Assembly (NCBI GenBank): GCA_964016885.1
Contig: CAXHJY010000902.1
Span: 1-63,573 of the forward strand
Origin: Eledone cirrhosa
Lineage: Eukaryota
Length of the DNA stretch: 63,573 bases
Direction: 5' to 3'
Shown here: piece after piece, positions 14,385 to 30,961 of the stretch
Numbering within the stretch: the stretch's first letter is position 1
Layout of the letters: each line of letters starts with the position of its first letter
The notes under the pieces: generated by a model
Told to the model about the DNA's origin: nothing
Database searches by the model: none
What the model saw: the letters and a program-made list of their open reading frames with translations, nothing else
Position numbers and translations under genes: made by a program

Positions 14385-15785
14385 ATACACGCACATATGC
14401 ATATATATATATATGTATGTGTGTTTATCTGTGTGTCTGTCAGTATGTCTTTGGATTTACAACCAAGAGGAAGAAATCACTCAGTGATGTGTAGTGTGTT
14501 CAAAGCTAATGATTCACTTAGATACAAGATTGACTTCCCCGTTGCAACTCGTTCGTCACAACAGTTGCCTATTTACATTCCTAACATCAACAAGTTAAAC
14601 ATCATTTCAACTTTCCACCACCAGAAAAATAGGCTAAGAATTATCTGACAATTCCCTAATGGAGGATCAAATGCAAGGCTATTTGAACAGCAGAAATATC
14701 TCTTCATTCCACCGTAAATCGTTTAAACTGTCCACACAATTGTTTTCTGCATCTGTTGCTGGATGAACCAGTTTAGAAAAATACAGACAAAAAAATGACG
14801 ATAACGCAATCTCCCCTCTCTTCTTTAAATTGTATTTATAATGTCTATAATTTATTTGATAGTTGTGTTTATTTATTTAGTCTTCCATTAAATATTCTAC
14901 AATAAGCAGCAAAGAACAGAAATATTTTTCTCTGCATCAGTAAACACCGATGCTTAACTAAGCAACAAATATGTCCGTAGGCAAATTACATAGTTGAATT
15001 GATGATGAATTTGTTAAACTCTGAAAGTTGAACACAGCCTTTTAAAATTATCGTATATAATTCGATAAGAAAATTGATAGTTAGACATGTTTGACATTGA
15101 TCGCTGAACATGTTGAGCAATGACTGTCCTCCTTATAGAATCTAAACAAGCTTATCACACAACATTGAACCACGCTTTCTCTCGGGATTAAACCGATCTT
15201 CTAGAATCAAAATGGCGCCGATTTTTAAATGGGTTTCAGCAAAATATATCTGAATATACTGTAATTACATCGCCATTGACAACTGGAAAGAAACGCTACA
15301 AAAAGGCCAATCGTATCCTTGAATGGACTAATTTGATTTAATCAATTGTTGTTACTCATGTTACTGTTGTCATTGATTGTGGTTGTGATGTCATTATTGT
15401 TGTTGTTATTGTTATTGTTGTTGTTATAGCTGTTGTCGTTGTTGTTGTTGTTGTTATCGTTGTTGTTGTTATAGTGGTTGTCGTTGTTGTTGTTGTTATT
15501 GCTGTATTGTTGCTGTGATGGCTGTTTTTCTGGCGGTTGCAGTTGCTGCTGATATTTTTGTTGTAGTTGCTGTTTTGTTGTAGCTATTCTTGTTGTTGCT
15601 ATGATAGTGTTTTGTTCTAGGTCTTGTTGCTGTTGTTGCTGTTGTTGTTCTTGTTGTCGTGATAGATTCTTTGTTGTAGTTGCTGTTTTTGTTGTTGTCA
15701 TTATAATATATGTTTTGTTGTAGCTATTCATGTTGTTGATATGATACTGTTTTGTCGTGTTGTAGTTATTGTTGTTGTAGTTGTA

Positions 15786-15816
<31 letters not shown>

Positions 15817-16151
15817 TTGTTGTTGCTGTTGTTGTTGCTGTTGTAAAATGTATCAATTTATGTCGCCTGTCCAAATGACAAAACAGTAAAACAGTAACCC
15901 CAATAAAACTGTAACTGATGAGATTTCCAGCTTAGATTTGAAAATGAGAATTGTAATAAAATTCTTGTTTGATTTTTACATATGTCGTTGTCATTGTTGT
16001 TATTGTTGGTGTAGTTTTTTTTTCTGTTGCTGTGGTTGTTGTTGTTGGTGTTTCTCTATTTTTCTCCCCTTTTATGACATGTATTATGATATTCCTTTGC
16101 ACACTTAAATGTGCTCACACATAGACACATGCAGAAATATGTATTTTATAT

Positions 16152-16177
16152 GGAATCACCGATATATTACATTTAAT

Positions 16178-16233
<56 letters not shown>

Positions 16234-16275
16234 ATTAAATGGAATCACCGATATATTACATTTAATACAATAATA
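16152..16275. repeat. Short direct and inverted repeat (ggaatcaccgatatattacatttaatacaataat) around a (TA)n tract
   Basis: Unit at 16152 and 16241 with an inverted partial copy at about 16225-16241. Confidence 0.6.
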
Positions 16276-16342
16276 TATATATATATATATATATAAATAT
16301 ATATATAACGTATTTGTATGTGTGCATGTGTGAGAATTTTCT

Positions 16343-16520
16343 CTTTCCTCTTTCTATAGCGGGACAACACAACATTGGTAGCATGGAGATAAGAGACTGG
16401 TATACATGGGCGACCGCTGGTCTTCCACAAAGTACTTCCCCGGATTTGTGCCTCGGAAGGGAACTCTCTAAGTGCAAATCCCATGGTCATTCGTGACCAA
16501 AGGGCGTCTTTACTCTTACC
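16343..16520 (+). mobile_element. 3' portion of a SINE/LINE-related cephalopod-type repeat
   Basis: Recalled similarity (gggcgaccgctggtcttcca...tgcctcgga...cccatggtcattcgtgacc); terminal hairpin ggatttg...caaatcc; short tttacc-like tail. Confidence 0.45.
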
Positions 16521-17062
16521 CGAAATACGTATTGGACAAATATCTTCTTAGAGTATTTGTAGTATTTGGCTATCTTTCGTTTGATTGTCTAACGTCTGCA
16601 AACCTTAATGGATATGCACCAGTGTTGCACAAATGTTGTGTTTCTAGCAGAAATGTTGAGTCAGATGGTCTTGTTTGCACCAATCGTAAGTCTAAGTAGA
16701 GTATGTCTTATTTCTACTATACGAAATATAGCAGAAATGTTAAAGATGGAACATCTTTTATCAAACAGCTCTCTTCAATTAGGTTTAACATGCCGCTAAT
16801 GGCCTTACTTACAGACAAAAGAGCATGCCTCCTGTGGTCTAATGTCCCTAAGAAGAAATATATATTAGGAGACATGTATCTTATATATGATTTGACTTCT
16901 TGATAACATATTCTCTCAAAACGACCAATATACATACATGCAGGAGAAATAAATAAAAAGATTCTTATTTCTGAAGCTTGAAATTTCACAAATAACCAGC
17001 AACTCAGGAAAGTGACGGAGTGAATCATCAGTTTCAAAACAACACACACACACACACATACA

Positions 17063-17160
<98 letters not shown>

Positions 17161-17188
17161 CACACATACACACACATACACTCACCCA

Positions 17189-17237
<49 letters not shown>

Positions 17238-17244
17238 ATACACT

Positions 17245-17288
<44 letters not shown>

Positions 17289-17421
17289 ACACACACAGAT
17301 ACACAAACATACTCACACACAATGAACATTTGCACCCTAATGTTTATGTATGGGTATGTATGACCATATAAAAGTATGTATATGTGCCCATATATATATA
17401 TACATATATAGATGTACGTAC

Positions 17422-17515
<94 letters not shown>

Positions 17516-17727
17516 ATATATGTATATATTCAGTCATTTTCATATTCCACCATAGTTCAGACTAAAGAAAAAACTTGTATGTATCTGTACGCAATGTTTC
17601 ATTGTAGGTTACATAAATTCGATGAATGCAATTATACATATATATATGTATACATGTATATATATTATATATATATATATATGAACATATACACATATAT
17701 AGATATACATATATATATATAATATTG

Positions 17728-17844
<117 letters not shown>

Positions 17845-17867
17845 ACATATATATATGTATACATGTA

Positions 17868-17930
<63 letters not shown>

Positions 17931-17931
17931 C

Positions 17932-17973
<42 letters not shown>

Positions 17974-17985
17974 GTATATATATAT

Positions 17986-18058
<73 letters not shown>

Positions 18059-18577
18059 GTAGAAATGAAGTGAAAAAGAGGAAGCAGGCGAGAATTACCA
18101 AAGTAAATTGGAAAGTTATTCGTTGAAGGGTTCAACCCACGATGTGGCAATATAGAGATTAAAAAAAATTTCAACAGAGATTTTTTTTCACAACATAACT
18201 TCTAATAAGACATTAGGTTGGAATATATAAGATGGTGGCGATGTTGGTGGTGATGTTAGTGGTGGTGGTGGTGGGGTGGTGATGGTGGTGGTGGTGGTGG
18301 TAATGTAGTGGTGGTGGTGGTGGGTGGTGGTAGCGTTGATAGTGGTGGTGGTGGTGGTGTGGTAGTGGTGGTGGTGGTGGTGGTGTGGTAGTGGTGGTGG
18401 TGGTGGTGGTGGTTGTGGTGATAATGGTAGTGGTGGCGGTGGTGGTGGTGTGGTGGTGGTGGAGGTGGTGGTGGTGTGGTGGTGTGGTAGAGGGAAATTG
18501 GAAGGCAATGAGAAGATAGAGACAGAGGGATTCGCGGGCTGAAATAGATCGATTGCATTTGTACGTTACACACACAG

Positions 18578-18626
<49 letters not shown>

Positions 18627-18732
18627 ATACATATATATATAATTTTCACATTTATTACTACATATATATATATATATATATACGATTACATGTGTGTGTA
18701 TGAGTGTGTGTGAGAGAGAAATTGAGAGAGTA

Positions 18733-18816
<84 letters not shown>

Positions 18817-19494
18817 GAGTATGTGTTTGTGTGTGTGTGAGAGGGAGAGAGTGAGAGAGGGGGAGAGATATGGGAAACTGTGAAATATTAAAGAAGAAAG
18901 AGAGAAGCTGCTTTAGAGGGAAAAACTTCATTTATATTTTGACAGATCTATTAATTTAAAAATCCACTTTCTTCTGTATATCGCCGTCCACATCCACCCA
19001 TGACACTTCCATACAGTATAGCTGATTACAGCTCCGTATAAACTGCTTCTATGGACGTGGTGAAGTCAATGATATATACATATATATATATATATATACA
19101 TACGTACATACATAGGCACATATATACATAGATACATATACACATGCGTACATGTATATTTGCTTAAATACATGTATGCATATATGCATACATACCTACA
19201 TAAATGTCTTTCTCTATGTATGTATTTACGTATATATGTACGTGTAAATATATATGTGTGTATATAAATATTCATATATATATATATATATATTTTTATT
19301 CATATATATTCACATATATATATACATACATATATATATATATCTGTGTGTGTGTGTGTGTGTGTCTGTGAACGTGTGCATACATGCACATGCATTTATG
19401 CATATGTAAACATTTGTGAGTAAGTAAAGCAATTATATATATATATACATATGTATATATAAATGAAAGGTATTGAAATTGTATATATATATAT

Positions 19495-19603
<109 letters not shown>

Positions 19604-19794
19604 CATAAATATTTATTTATTTAAGTATATGTGTGTTTGTGCTTGATCATATATGTATATATATATATATATGTGTATGTGTGTGTGGGGGGGGGGGGCT
19701 CGTGAAACAGTATCTATAGTTTTCTTATTTCTAGTTAGGAATATTTTAAAATGTTTATTGGGGCATATAGCAGTACATTGGAATCTTTCTACAA

Positions 19795-19853
<59 letters not shown>

Positions 19854-20232
19854 ACTCTTTGTTTCATATACAGCTTGTCAAACATCCTGATTCATTTTTC
19901 AAATGCATGGTTCTTGTACATGTTCAGGCTATGACATGTGTATATATAATTATATCATATGTGTATATGTAAATACGCATTCAAATATAAATATGCTATA
20001 TGTATATGTATGGATATATATATATATATGTGTGTATGTGTGTGCATGTTTCTGTGTGTGAGAGTGTGTGCGTATGCACATATTTCTCTTTCTGTCTATA
20101 TATATAAATATATATATATTATATACATATATATATTTATACATTTTTCACACGCACACACCTATACACATGCAGATATATTTGTTTGTATACATACTTA
20201 TATATATGTATATATGTATATATATATATATC

Positions 20233-20280
<48 letters not shown>

Positions 20281-20421
20281 CACACATATATATATATATA
20301 TATATGTATACATATATATATATGTATATTCATAATGTTTTATATCTGCGAGTATGTAATATGTATACATCACTGATGGTGATGTATACATATGAATATT
20401 ATGTATACGTATGTATGTTTG

Positions 20422-20490
<69 letters not shown>

Positions 20491-20936
20491 TATATATATA
20501 CACACACACATACACAATTCTAATATATATATATATATATATATACATACATACATCTATATATGTGTATATATATATATGCTATATTTTCCAATTGTTT
20601 CTTTACACTATAGATACAGTGACAAACGTGGTATTTATAATTAGAGAGTTATAGTGTGAAAGAGTGCAGGAAATGTTGATATAAGGACATTATATAGAGA
20701 GAGAAGGGAAGTAGCTGGTGTGAGAGTAATGGGGAACAGTTAGAGGAAGGTGGAGAGATAATTGAATGGGAGGGATTAAATAAGGGAGAGAATTGAGTTG
20801 ATGTTATGTCAATGGTGGTGTAGACGGGGACAAAGATAGGGGACAAGAGATGATGATGGTGATGATGGTGATGATGATAATGGGTTAATGCAGATGAATG
20901 GTGATGATGATGATAATGAGGTTAAGGATAATATTT

Positions 20937-20984
<48 letters not shown>

Positions 20985-21236
20985 TTGATGATGATGATGA
21001 CGTTAGTGATGAATAGTGAATAAAACGGTTGTAGTGGTTGTGATGTTGATGGTGGTGTGTTGATGATGCTGATGATGATGGTGATGGTGATGGTGATGGT
21101 GATGATGATGGTGATGGGGATGCTGATGATGATGGTGATGGTGATGGTGATGCTGATGATGATGATGGTGATGGTGATGATGGTGATGGTGATGGTGATG
21201 GTGATGCTGATGATGATGGTGATGGTGATGATGGTG

Positions 21237-21606
<370 letters not shown>

Positions 21607-21620
21607 ATATATATATATAT

Positions 21621-21804
21621 GACTATCCGGGAGCTTCCAACAGCAATGGTTGCATTCTTTAAGAGTATGTCAATATTTATTTATAAACTGATCTATATTA
21701 TATTTTATCTGATGAAAGCACACCATAATTTAACTTGGTGTCCTTGAAATATGTATAATGAAATAAATATGGTTTTATAAATATAGTTTCCATTTGTTAA
21801 TATC

Positions 21805-21805
<1 letters not shown>
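21621..21805 (+). mobile_element. About 185-bp HHR-carrying element family D
   Basis: Flanked by (TA)n on both sides; homologous to 62681-62845 (-). Confidence 0.8.
21701..21765 (+). ncRNA. Minimal type I hammerhead ribozyme (family D)
   Basis: Stem I UAUUUUAU/AUGAAAUA; CUGAUGA 21709-21715; stem II AAGcACACCA...UGGUGUcCUU; GAAA 21746-21749; minimal stem III U-augu-A; predicted AUA cleavage after 21757. Confidence 0.75.
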
Positions 21806-21844
<39 letters not shown>

Positions 21845-21880
21845 TTATTTATTTATTGATATATATATATTTATTTAATA

Positions 21881-22006
21881 TAGAAATGGCTTCTACAGGA
21901 CTAGAACTGTTTAATTCGGGAGAAATCATCTGGAATTCCTTTTTATACTCTGCTATGCATTGAGTACCGTACTTACTGCGGTTACCCCATTGAACCCGGG
22001 ATAAAC
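21881..22006. mobile_element. Diverged fold-back copy of HHR element family A
   Basis: The minus arm carries a degenerate core (CAGAUGA...UAAACAG...CUGUA); the plus arm carries the family A 3' end (actctgctatgcattgagtac...aacccgggataa); in (TA)n. Confidence 0.7.
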
Positions 22007-23015
22007 ATATATATATATATATATATATATGAATAAATAAATATATAAGACTACAGGCCCACGATAACCGAATAGAAACGACTATATCGAAAATGATGAA
22101 GAAGGAGAACAAGAAGAATTACATCAATAGAACTGAAGAAATCATCAAGAAAAGAGGAAGGGAGGAAAGAAAGAATGACAGAGAGAAAGAAATAAAGATA
22201 GAAAGGAAGGAAGAAAGAAAGAAAGAAAGAAGTAACGAAAGACTGAAAGAAAAGAAGGAAGGTAAAGGGGTTGTTTGAAATGTTTAATGAATGCCTCAAA
22301 TCATACCAGTAAATCTATATCTATAACAGCAAGCAGAATTATGAAGCAGAGAAAAGTTGGCATCACTTTAATAAAAAAAACAGCAAAAGACCAAAAACAC
22401 CCCAAAAAAAAGGAATGAAATAAACAAAATAACAAAACAGACAACAAAATGAAATCTTCCAATTTTTATTGGTTTCCAAAGTCCTAAACCAAGTTTAGCT
22501 GTGATTTCGACAGATTTCAAATAATACAATTTCATTGCGTGTAACTTGAGTTATACAATCTAACCAATATTTGCAACTATTTTATACTGTCCTTAAAGTA
22601 AATATTGTCAGCTTAAAATTATTACTACTACTATTAATTTTTATTTATTTTTTATTTTTTATTTTTATTATTTTTATCATATTTTATTATATTTTTATTA
22701 TATTTTTATTATATTTATATTATATTTTGATATGAATCTTTATTATTATTTTTATTATATTTATTATATTCTTATTATATTTTTATTATATTTATATTAT
22801 ATTTTGATATGAGTCTTTATTATTATTATTTTTATTATATTTTTATATGTATCTTTATATCGTTATTTTTATATGTATTTTTATATGTATCTTTATTATT
22901 TTTATTATATCTTTATTATATTTTTTATGTATCTTTATTATTATTTTTATATGTATCTTTATATTATTATTTTTATTTTTTTATATTATTATATGTATCT
23001 TTATTTTTATTATCA

Positions 23016-23052
<37 letters not shown>

Positions 23053-23372
23053 TATTATTATTATTATATTTTGTATGTATCGTTATTATTACTATTATTA
23101 TATTTTTATATGTATCTTTATTATTATTTTTATTATATTTTTATATGTATCTTTATTAGTATTTTATATGTATTTCATTTACTATTATTATTGATATATT
23201 TGATATATTTGTTATACAATATCCATGATAACTTTTATTATGTTTTTTATGTTTTATTTCTACATTTTGTTATATTCTATGTTTATGGAATCCTTTCACT
23301 TTCTTTTTTACAATATATTTTATTTATTTATTACTATATTAATAGTGTATCATTATTATTGAATCATAACGG

Positions 23373-23422
<50 letters not shown>

Positions 23423-23924
23423 GTGGTGGTGGTGATATTGTTGTTGTTGTTGTTGATGTTGTTGATGTTGTTGTTACTGTTGCTGTTGTTGTTGTTGTTG
23501 TTGTTGTTGAGGATGTTGTTGATGATGATATTGTTGTTGTTGTTGTTGGGTTGTTATTGTCGTCGTTATTACTGTTATCATTAATATTATCTTTACTACT
23601 ACTACTACTACTACGACTACTACTGCTACTACTACTACTACTACTTCCACTACTACCACCACCAACACTACTACTATTACTACGACTATAACTACTACTA
23701 CGACTACTACTACCACCACGACCACCACCAACACTACTACTATTACTAATACTATACTACTATTACTATTACTACTACTACTACCAACGGGGATATAATT
23801 GTTGTTGTTATTGCTTGTATAGCCATTATTATTGTTATTATTATTAGAAACCACGATTATTATTATTATAATTATTATTACGATTATTAATAACAACAAC
23901 AGCAACAACAACAACAACAACAAC

Positions 23925-23956
<32 letters not shown>

Positions 23957-24641
23957 TTTCCTTATTATTATTCTTTTTTAATAATAATAATAATAACAAC
24001 AACAATAACAACAACATCAATAAATAAATAAATAGAAACAGAAAAAGAAGAGGAAGAAGAAGAAGAATGATAATAAAAATAATATATTTCGTTTCAGCAG
24101 AAAACATTGGTGTTGCAAACGAACTGAAGAAATAAAAATGGTGATTTAAAATAGCAATCTGTTTTATAGCCGAGATTTTACTATGTATCAGGTTTTGAAA
24201 TATATGTTGAAAATACCATATCATTAGGTGTCAGCGTATGAAAAGATAGAATATAAAGAAATATAATCTAAACCACAAAACATTCCATCCTACTTGCTTT
24301 ACTTTATGAAATCACTTATTTAATATTTTATGTGTTTATATAGTTGTATTTTATATTGTATTTTATGTTGGTGGTGGTGTTGTTGTTGTTGTATTTTCGT
24401 TGTTGTTGTTTTTCGTTGGTAATATCTACAGGAAGATGACAAATTTATTATGTGTACACGTCCACGTACGTACTCACAGATACACGTGGAGACACACACA
24501 GGCATACACATATACACGTCCGAGCTCATAAACACAAACACTCTCACACGCGACACACGTGTATATATTTATATATATATATATATTATATGGAGAAATA
24601 GGTAGATAGATAGAGAGATAGATAGATAGATAGATAGATAT

Positions 24642-24737
<96 letters not shown>

Positions 24738-25646
24738 TTTGATAGATATTGTAATTATTGTTTAAATATAGCTTTGAAATATTGTGGAATGTGAAAATTG
24801 GTTGCGTTTGGGAAGTCTCTACAATTCCAGAGGTTTTTAATATTGAGGTAATGATATCGGATATGAGAGATAAGGATGAGATTAACGTAAGGTAAAGAGA
24901 AGAAAAAAGAACGAGAAATGAGAAATGTTCTTTTCTTTGGTAAAATATATCAATCCCCATATATTTCGGAAAAGTACCATTGTCAAATACGTTGTGCTAT
25001 TACGATCCATAGTAGCTTACATTACAGTTGGTTCTTTACTTCTGTTATGCCGCTAAATCTTTCAAAGCATCAATAGCTACCACATATTTCCATCTCACAT
25101 ATTTCCATCTCACTTTCCTATAAAATACAGATCATATTTGCAATATTCATTGCAAATACTTCACTTTCATTGATCCTTTTTTACTAACCAAGGAAGATAC
25201 TGAAGGGGAGAGAACTTCCTCTTCTGGTGTCCATTGTTTGGTTTGTTGACTAAACTCTGTTGATTTGAATAAGTAACTATACAGATACTTTCAAATAAAT
25301 ATAACCACTATATTAAATTAAATGCAGTAAAAGATATAAAATATATATATTTACAATATAAATCTATATATTTATATTTTGTATACTTTGATAAATACTA
25401 TGACAAAATTGAGATGTATAACTATACATTTATAATCCTCAAAATCTATGCACAAAAAAACGGATATATTTTGCCACAATATATGATAAGAAATTAAATA
25501 TATATATATATGTATGTATATGTATGCCTACTACACACAAATTCTCACACTTTTATATATACATACACACACACACACATATATATACAGAGAGGAACAG
25601 CGAGAGATCTGTTCATATAATAAGAAAATAAGCAATATAGTAATAA

Positions 25647-25755
<109 letters not shown>

Positions 25756-25765
25756 ATATAATATA

Positions 25766-25843
<78 letters not shown>

Positions 25844-26272
25844 CAGTACGTAAAGTGTTTGTGTGTGTATGTTAATTAAAGCTTAATACTTCCTCGTTTT
25901 TTTTTAGTGGAGACACATCTAAATGTGGTGTACATTTCATATTTTAGTCACTGTTTTTTCCATCATTCTCCTCACCATTTATTTAACTGAAGTGGTTGGA
26001 TTACTTTGCCCTTAACCAATATCGTTGATGGATTGTTCTTTCAGAAAGTCTTTTCAGTTGGTCAGCTGGAATGGTAACCTTATGGTCAAATACTTTTGCG
26101 GTTGAGATAGCGTACAGTCACGTAGCTTGTGATGAAAATTACTTTGTTTTCCCGAAACAAAATACTTGGAGTGTGTACGGAGCTTAATCGGAAGCTTAAA
26201 TAATAGAGTGAGTCAAGAAAAATATTATTAGGATAGGAAAAAGATAAAAAAAACAATAACAAATGCTGCTGT

Positions 26273-26345
<73 letters not shown>

Positions 26346-26491
26346 GATGCAAGTAGAACAACAACTACAATAACAAACACGACAACAATAGTAAATAGAG
26401 GCCGAAAAATGGATAACATTGTTATATTTGTGCATATATAAATTTCATTTATATCTAAACGTATATATATATATATATGTATATATATATG

Positions 26492-26571
<80 letters not shown>

Positions 26572-27210
26572 AATACAATCATTGCTTGCTTTACTCCTCG
26601 CTTTACACATCATCGATAAACAAACGAAGACATTTCATTTTTTTTTTTTGTTATACATAAGAAACAAAAGATACAAAGGAACAAAACAAAATACAAGTAA
26701 CAAAAAACAAAATGGCGTTTAAGGTCAGACGTGAAATAAGTTCCCGAATTGAGTTTCTTAATCAAATATTTTAAGATAGAAATGTTGTTCTACTACAACT
26801 ACTTTACTGAAATTACTCGGCCATCTTGGAGATCTGATATTTTCGAAAACACCTCATTTTTACAAACTACTCTTCTTGGCTTTAAACTAAAAACCTCATC
26901 TACTCTTTTTACGCTATTTTATTTTATTTTATTTTATTTTATTTTATTAGATTTTCTATTATTTTTTGTTCGATTTCCCTTTTATTATTATATATATTTT
27001 TCGATTTCTTTTTTTATTATATATATTTTTTATTTTGTATATTTCTATATCTTTTATATTTTAGATAATTTCTCAACTTTCATTTTCTTTTTTTTTTTGT
27101 ATTTCTATTTTTTTTTTCGTAAAACTGAGTTTCTCATATATCTGTGTCTATTATGAGGTAGATATATATATATATAGGCAATAATAATAAGTACATATGT
27201 ATTAAGTTAT

Positions 27211-27250
<40 letters not shown>

Positions 27251-27293
27251 GGCAGCATCAACATCAATATCATCGCCACTGCAATCGTCTTCA

Positions 27294-27484
27294 TGGCAGT
27301 ATCGGTAGAGGGTCGGACGCCATGCTTTCCAGCATAGTTACGTCCCTTTACGATCTGAGTTCAAATCCCGCCGAGGTTGACTTTACCTTTCATCCTTACG
27401 TGGTCGATAAAAATAAAGTACCAGTAATGTACTGGGGTAATTTGCTGGCCTTGTGCCAAAAGTAGAAACAATTATTATTATTAT
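27294..27484 (+). mobile_element. tRNA-derived SINE (short subfamily)
   Basis: tggcagtatcgg A-box, gagttcaaatcc B-box, core, (att)n tail. Confidence 0.85.
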
Positions 27485-27497
27485 CATCGTTATTCCC

Positions 27498-27530
<33 letters not shown>

Positions 27531-28676
27531 AAGAAGAAGAAGAAGAAGAAGAAGAAGAAGAAGAAGAAAAGACCACCACCACCACCGCCAACAACAACAA
27601 CAACAACAACATTAACATTAGAAAAAAGGGTCAGAAGAATAACGAAGAAGAAAATGTGGGTATTTGATGAAGAGGGAGAAAAGGATGGGGAGGGAGAGAG
27701 GGAGAGAGAGCAGAGAGAGAGAGAGAGAGGGGAGTATAAAACAGAAAGGAGAGAGGATGAGGATGAGGATGAGGTAGAAGTTAAAATGGAGGACGAGGTG
27801 AAGAACAAATGTAATGTTGATATGTCTCCAAATAACAGGTCAAACGAGAAGCTAAAACAGCAATTTTGTAAATTGTAGATTCTATATTTGTAAAGAATAC
27901 AGTAATCTAGAAATGTAGGCAGAATTAATCTCATCCAGAGGTAAACAGAGAGAGAGAGAGAGAGAGGTGGAAGAGAGGGGGGAGAGGAGAGAGAGAGAGA
28001 GAGAGAGGTGGAAGAGAGGGGGGAGAGGAGAGAGAGAGAGAGACAGAGAGAGCGCGGAGAGAGAGGAGAGAGGGAGAGACATAAAGAGAGGTGAGAGAGA
28101 GAGGTAAAGAGATAGAGAAAGAGAGAGAGAGAGAGGGAAAGAGCGAGAGAGATAGATATATATATAGAGAGAGAGAGAAAGTGAGAGATACATAATTAGA
28201 TAAATAGATAGAGAGAGGGAGAGAGAGTTAGCAAGAGATAGGTAGATAGATAGATAGATAGAGAGAGAAAGTGAGTGAGTTAGAGAGAGTAAGTGAGAGA
28301 GAAAGAAAGAGAACTAACTAAGACCGAGGATGGTGCTTACTTAGACGACCACTTAGGGGATAAATAACAAGTGTGAGGTGGCTAGGGGGAGGGGGAGCTG
28401 AATTGTCTAGGATGTGGGTAGGGTAGGGATTTGGGCTTATACCCGAGATTTAAACAGCGAAGCACAACCTGCTGAAAGCGCTTAATCCGGGAAATTCGAT
28501 CATAGCGCCCAAGATTGGTAAAATCTTCGCAAGTGTAAACACGGCGTAATCTAGGTGCTTACTTTTCTAATTGATTATTTGGGACTTGTTTCTACACACG
28601 CGCGGTTATATACACTTCACACATGCCTGAAGAGAAGGACTACTTGTGTATGTTGTTGTGTGCATGTGTGTGTGTT

Positions 28677-28747
<71 letters not shown>

Positions 28748-28748
28748 T

Positions 28749-28779
<31 letters not shown>

Positions 28780-29202
28780 ATGTATGTGTGTATGTGTGTG
28801 TGTTTGTGTTTGTTTGTGTGTGTGTGGTTGTGTGTATGTGTGTGTGTGTTTGTTTGTTTGTGTGTGTGTGTGTTTGTGTGTGCGGTTGTTTTTGTGTCTC
28901 TGTACACTTCACACATGCTTGAAGAGAAGAAGTACGTATGTGTGTGGTTGTGTGTATGTGTGTGTGTGTATCTGTGTGTGTTTGTGTTTGTTTGAGTGTT
29001 TGTGTGTGGTTGTGTGTTTGTTTGTGTGTGTGGTTGTTTGTGTGTCTCTGTAGATGTGTGTTTAAGTGTTTTTAAATATGTGTATGTATGTGTGTGTATG
29101 TGTATATAAACTTCCTCTTTCAGAACTTCCTTTTTTTTTCTCGATCTATCTATTTGTCTATATTTTCTCTCTCTGTCTCACCCCTCTTTCTCTCTCTCTC
29201 TC

Positions 29203-29275
<73 letters not shown>

Positions 29276-29314
29276 CCCCATCCCTCTGTGTCTCTTTCTC
29301 CCCCCCCTCTCTCT

Positions 29315-29452
29315 CCGTCGAAATAGCCGTCGAAACGGCTTGAACTCTGCCGTCGGGCTCATACTTTTTCCTATTACCCACTCTACTACCCTAAGTACTG
29401 AGTACTCTGGTGCGTTATGGCCATTTGGTTCCTTACCACAATTCCTTCGTTA
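29315..29452 (+). mobile_element. Element family B (HHR 3' half plus about 85-bp tail)
   Basis: gaaacggc ttgaactct gccgtc then a tail ending ccttcgtta(TA)n; homologous to 36539, 41248 and 59368. Confidence 0.8.
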
Positions 29453-29456
29453 TATA

Positions 29457-29492
<36 letters not shown>

Positions 29493-29529
29493 AGAAAGAG
29501 ACTTATATATATGTATATATATATATATA

Positions 29530-29610
<81 letters not shown>

Positions 29611-30105
29611 GTAAATCTATCTATCAGGAACCGTGACTGAGGTAGTCAAGGGGTTACCTTCGGCGTTTCTAGGGCATTTTAAAACCTGGTAGAGCCCACC
29701 TCCTTCCTCAGGTAGTTATTAATATATTTCCACTGGTTTAAATAAATATTTAAATATTCTTCCCCGTAAACTTAAATAAGATCGTCAAATAACTCAACCT
29801 GAACTTAAATACCTCTAGATTAAACCCAAAAATATCCACAAAACAACATCAAATATCTTCTATATTGTATACAATACACTGAGAAAACCAAAGCCAACTA
29901 TAAACTAAACGTTTATACTAGGCTCTGACATCTTCCATATTTTCTGACCCTTATATGATAAATACATAAATATATGTTTAATACAAATATGGATTCACCA
30001 CATCAGTAAATGTTGGTTTTCTTTTATATATTTGTAGCTCCATAAATCTATATTCCAACATTCATGTCAATATTTATATGAATAAATGTATATACATAAA
30101 TACAT

Positions 30106-30207
<102 letters not shown>

Positions 30208-30379
30208 CTGTTGACATATATTTATATATGCAATCATTCACATAAGCGTGTCAATATATGTATTTGTGAATTTTGATAGTTTCTGTATGTATATATGCTG
30301 ATATATGTGTGTTCCTGTATGTGTGCTTGTATATATGTATATGTGTTCATGTATGCATGTATGCATGTATGTATATGTA

Positions 30380-30491
<112 letters not shown>

Positions 30492-30961
30492 TGTGTGTGT
30501 GTGTGTGTTTTTATATATTTATATGTATGAGTGTGTGTGTGTTTATATATATATACATATATATGGGTATGTGTATATATGTGTTTGTGTGTGTGTTCCT
30601 GTATGTGTGTATGTGTATATAGGGATTGACACAATTGTTGCTGATTACCATCCATGTGACACATATTTCAGTGTAAATTTAAGCATGACTGGGCAAATAA
30701 ACCAGGCGTATGACGTGGAATTGTGAGATTGCCAACATGACATCTTCAACCACACTACAAGAGAGAAAAGATACTGCTAATCTGAAGCCAGTCTCTATCT
30801 CAACTTCATATGCCGTAGAATCCAAAATGGAGACGTGTAAATATATACACTTTGCTGGTAGTTGCTTGTTCATAAACGTCTAATGGTGGATGGACTGTTT
30901 CAAGTTAAATCCTGCAATGACAAGATATAGGAACTTAATTTAATATATACGTTGACTAGCT

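Noticed and set aside
15910-15960. CUGAUGA...GAAA hammerhead-like string
   Set aside because: The best stem III leaves G at the cleavage position, and there is no stem I.
25850-26200. Possible Tc1 transposase remnant (LSERTIHQR on minus)
   Set aside because: The similarity is too short and no TIR or DDE motif is supportable.
27453-27878. Lys/Glu-rich 141-aa ORF
   Set aside because: It starts inside a SINE tail and runs through (AAG)n and (GA)n.
29660-29720. Minus-strand CUGAGGA...GAAAC...GUA
   Set aside because: Stem II is out of register and there is no stem I partner after the triplet.
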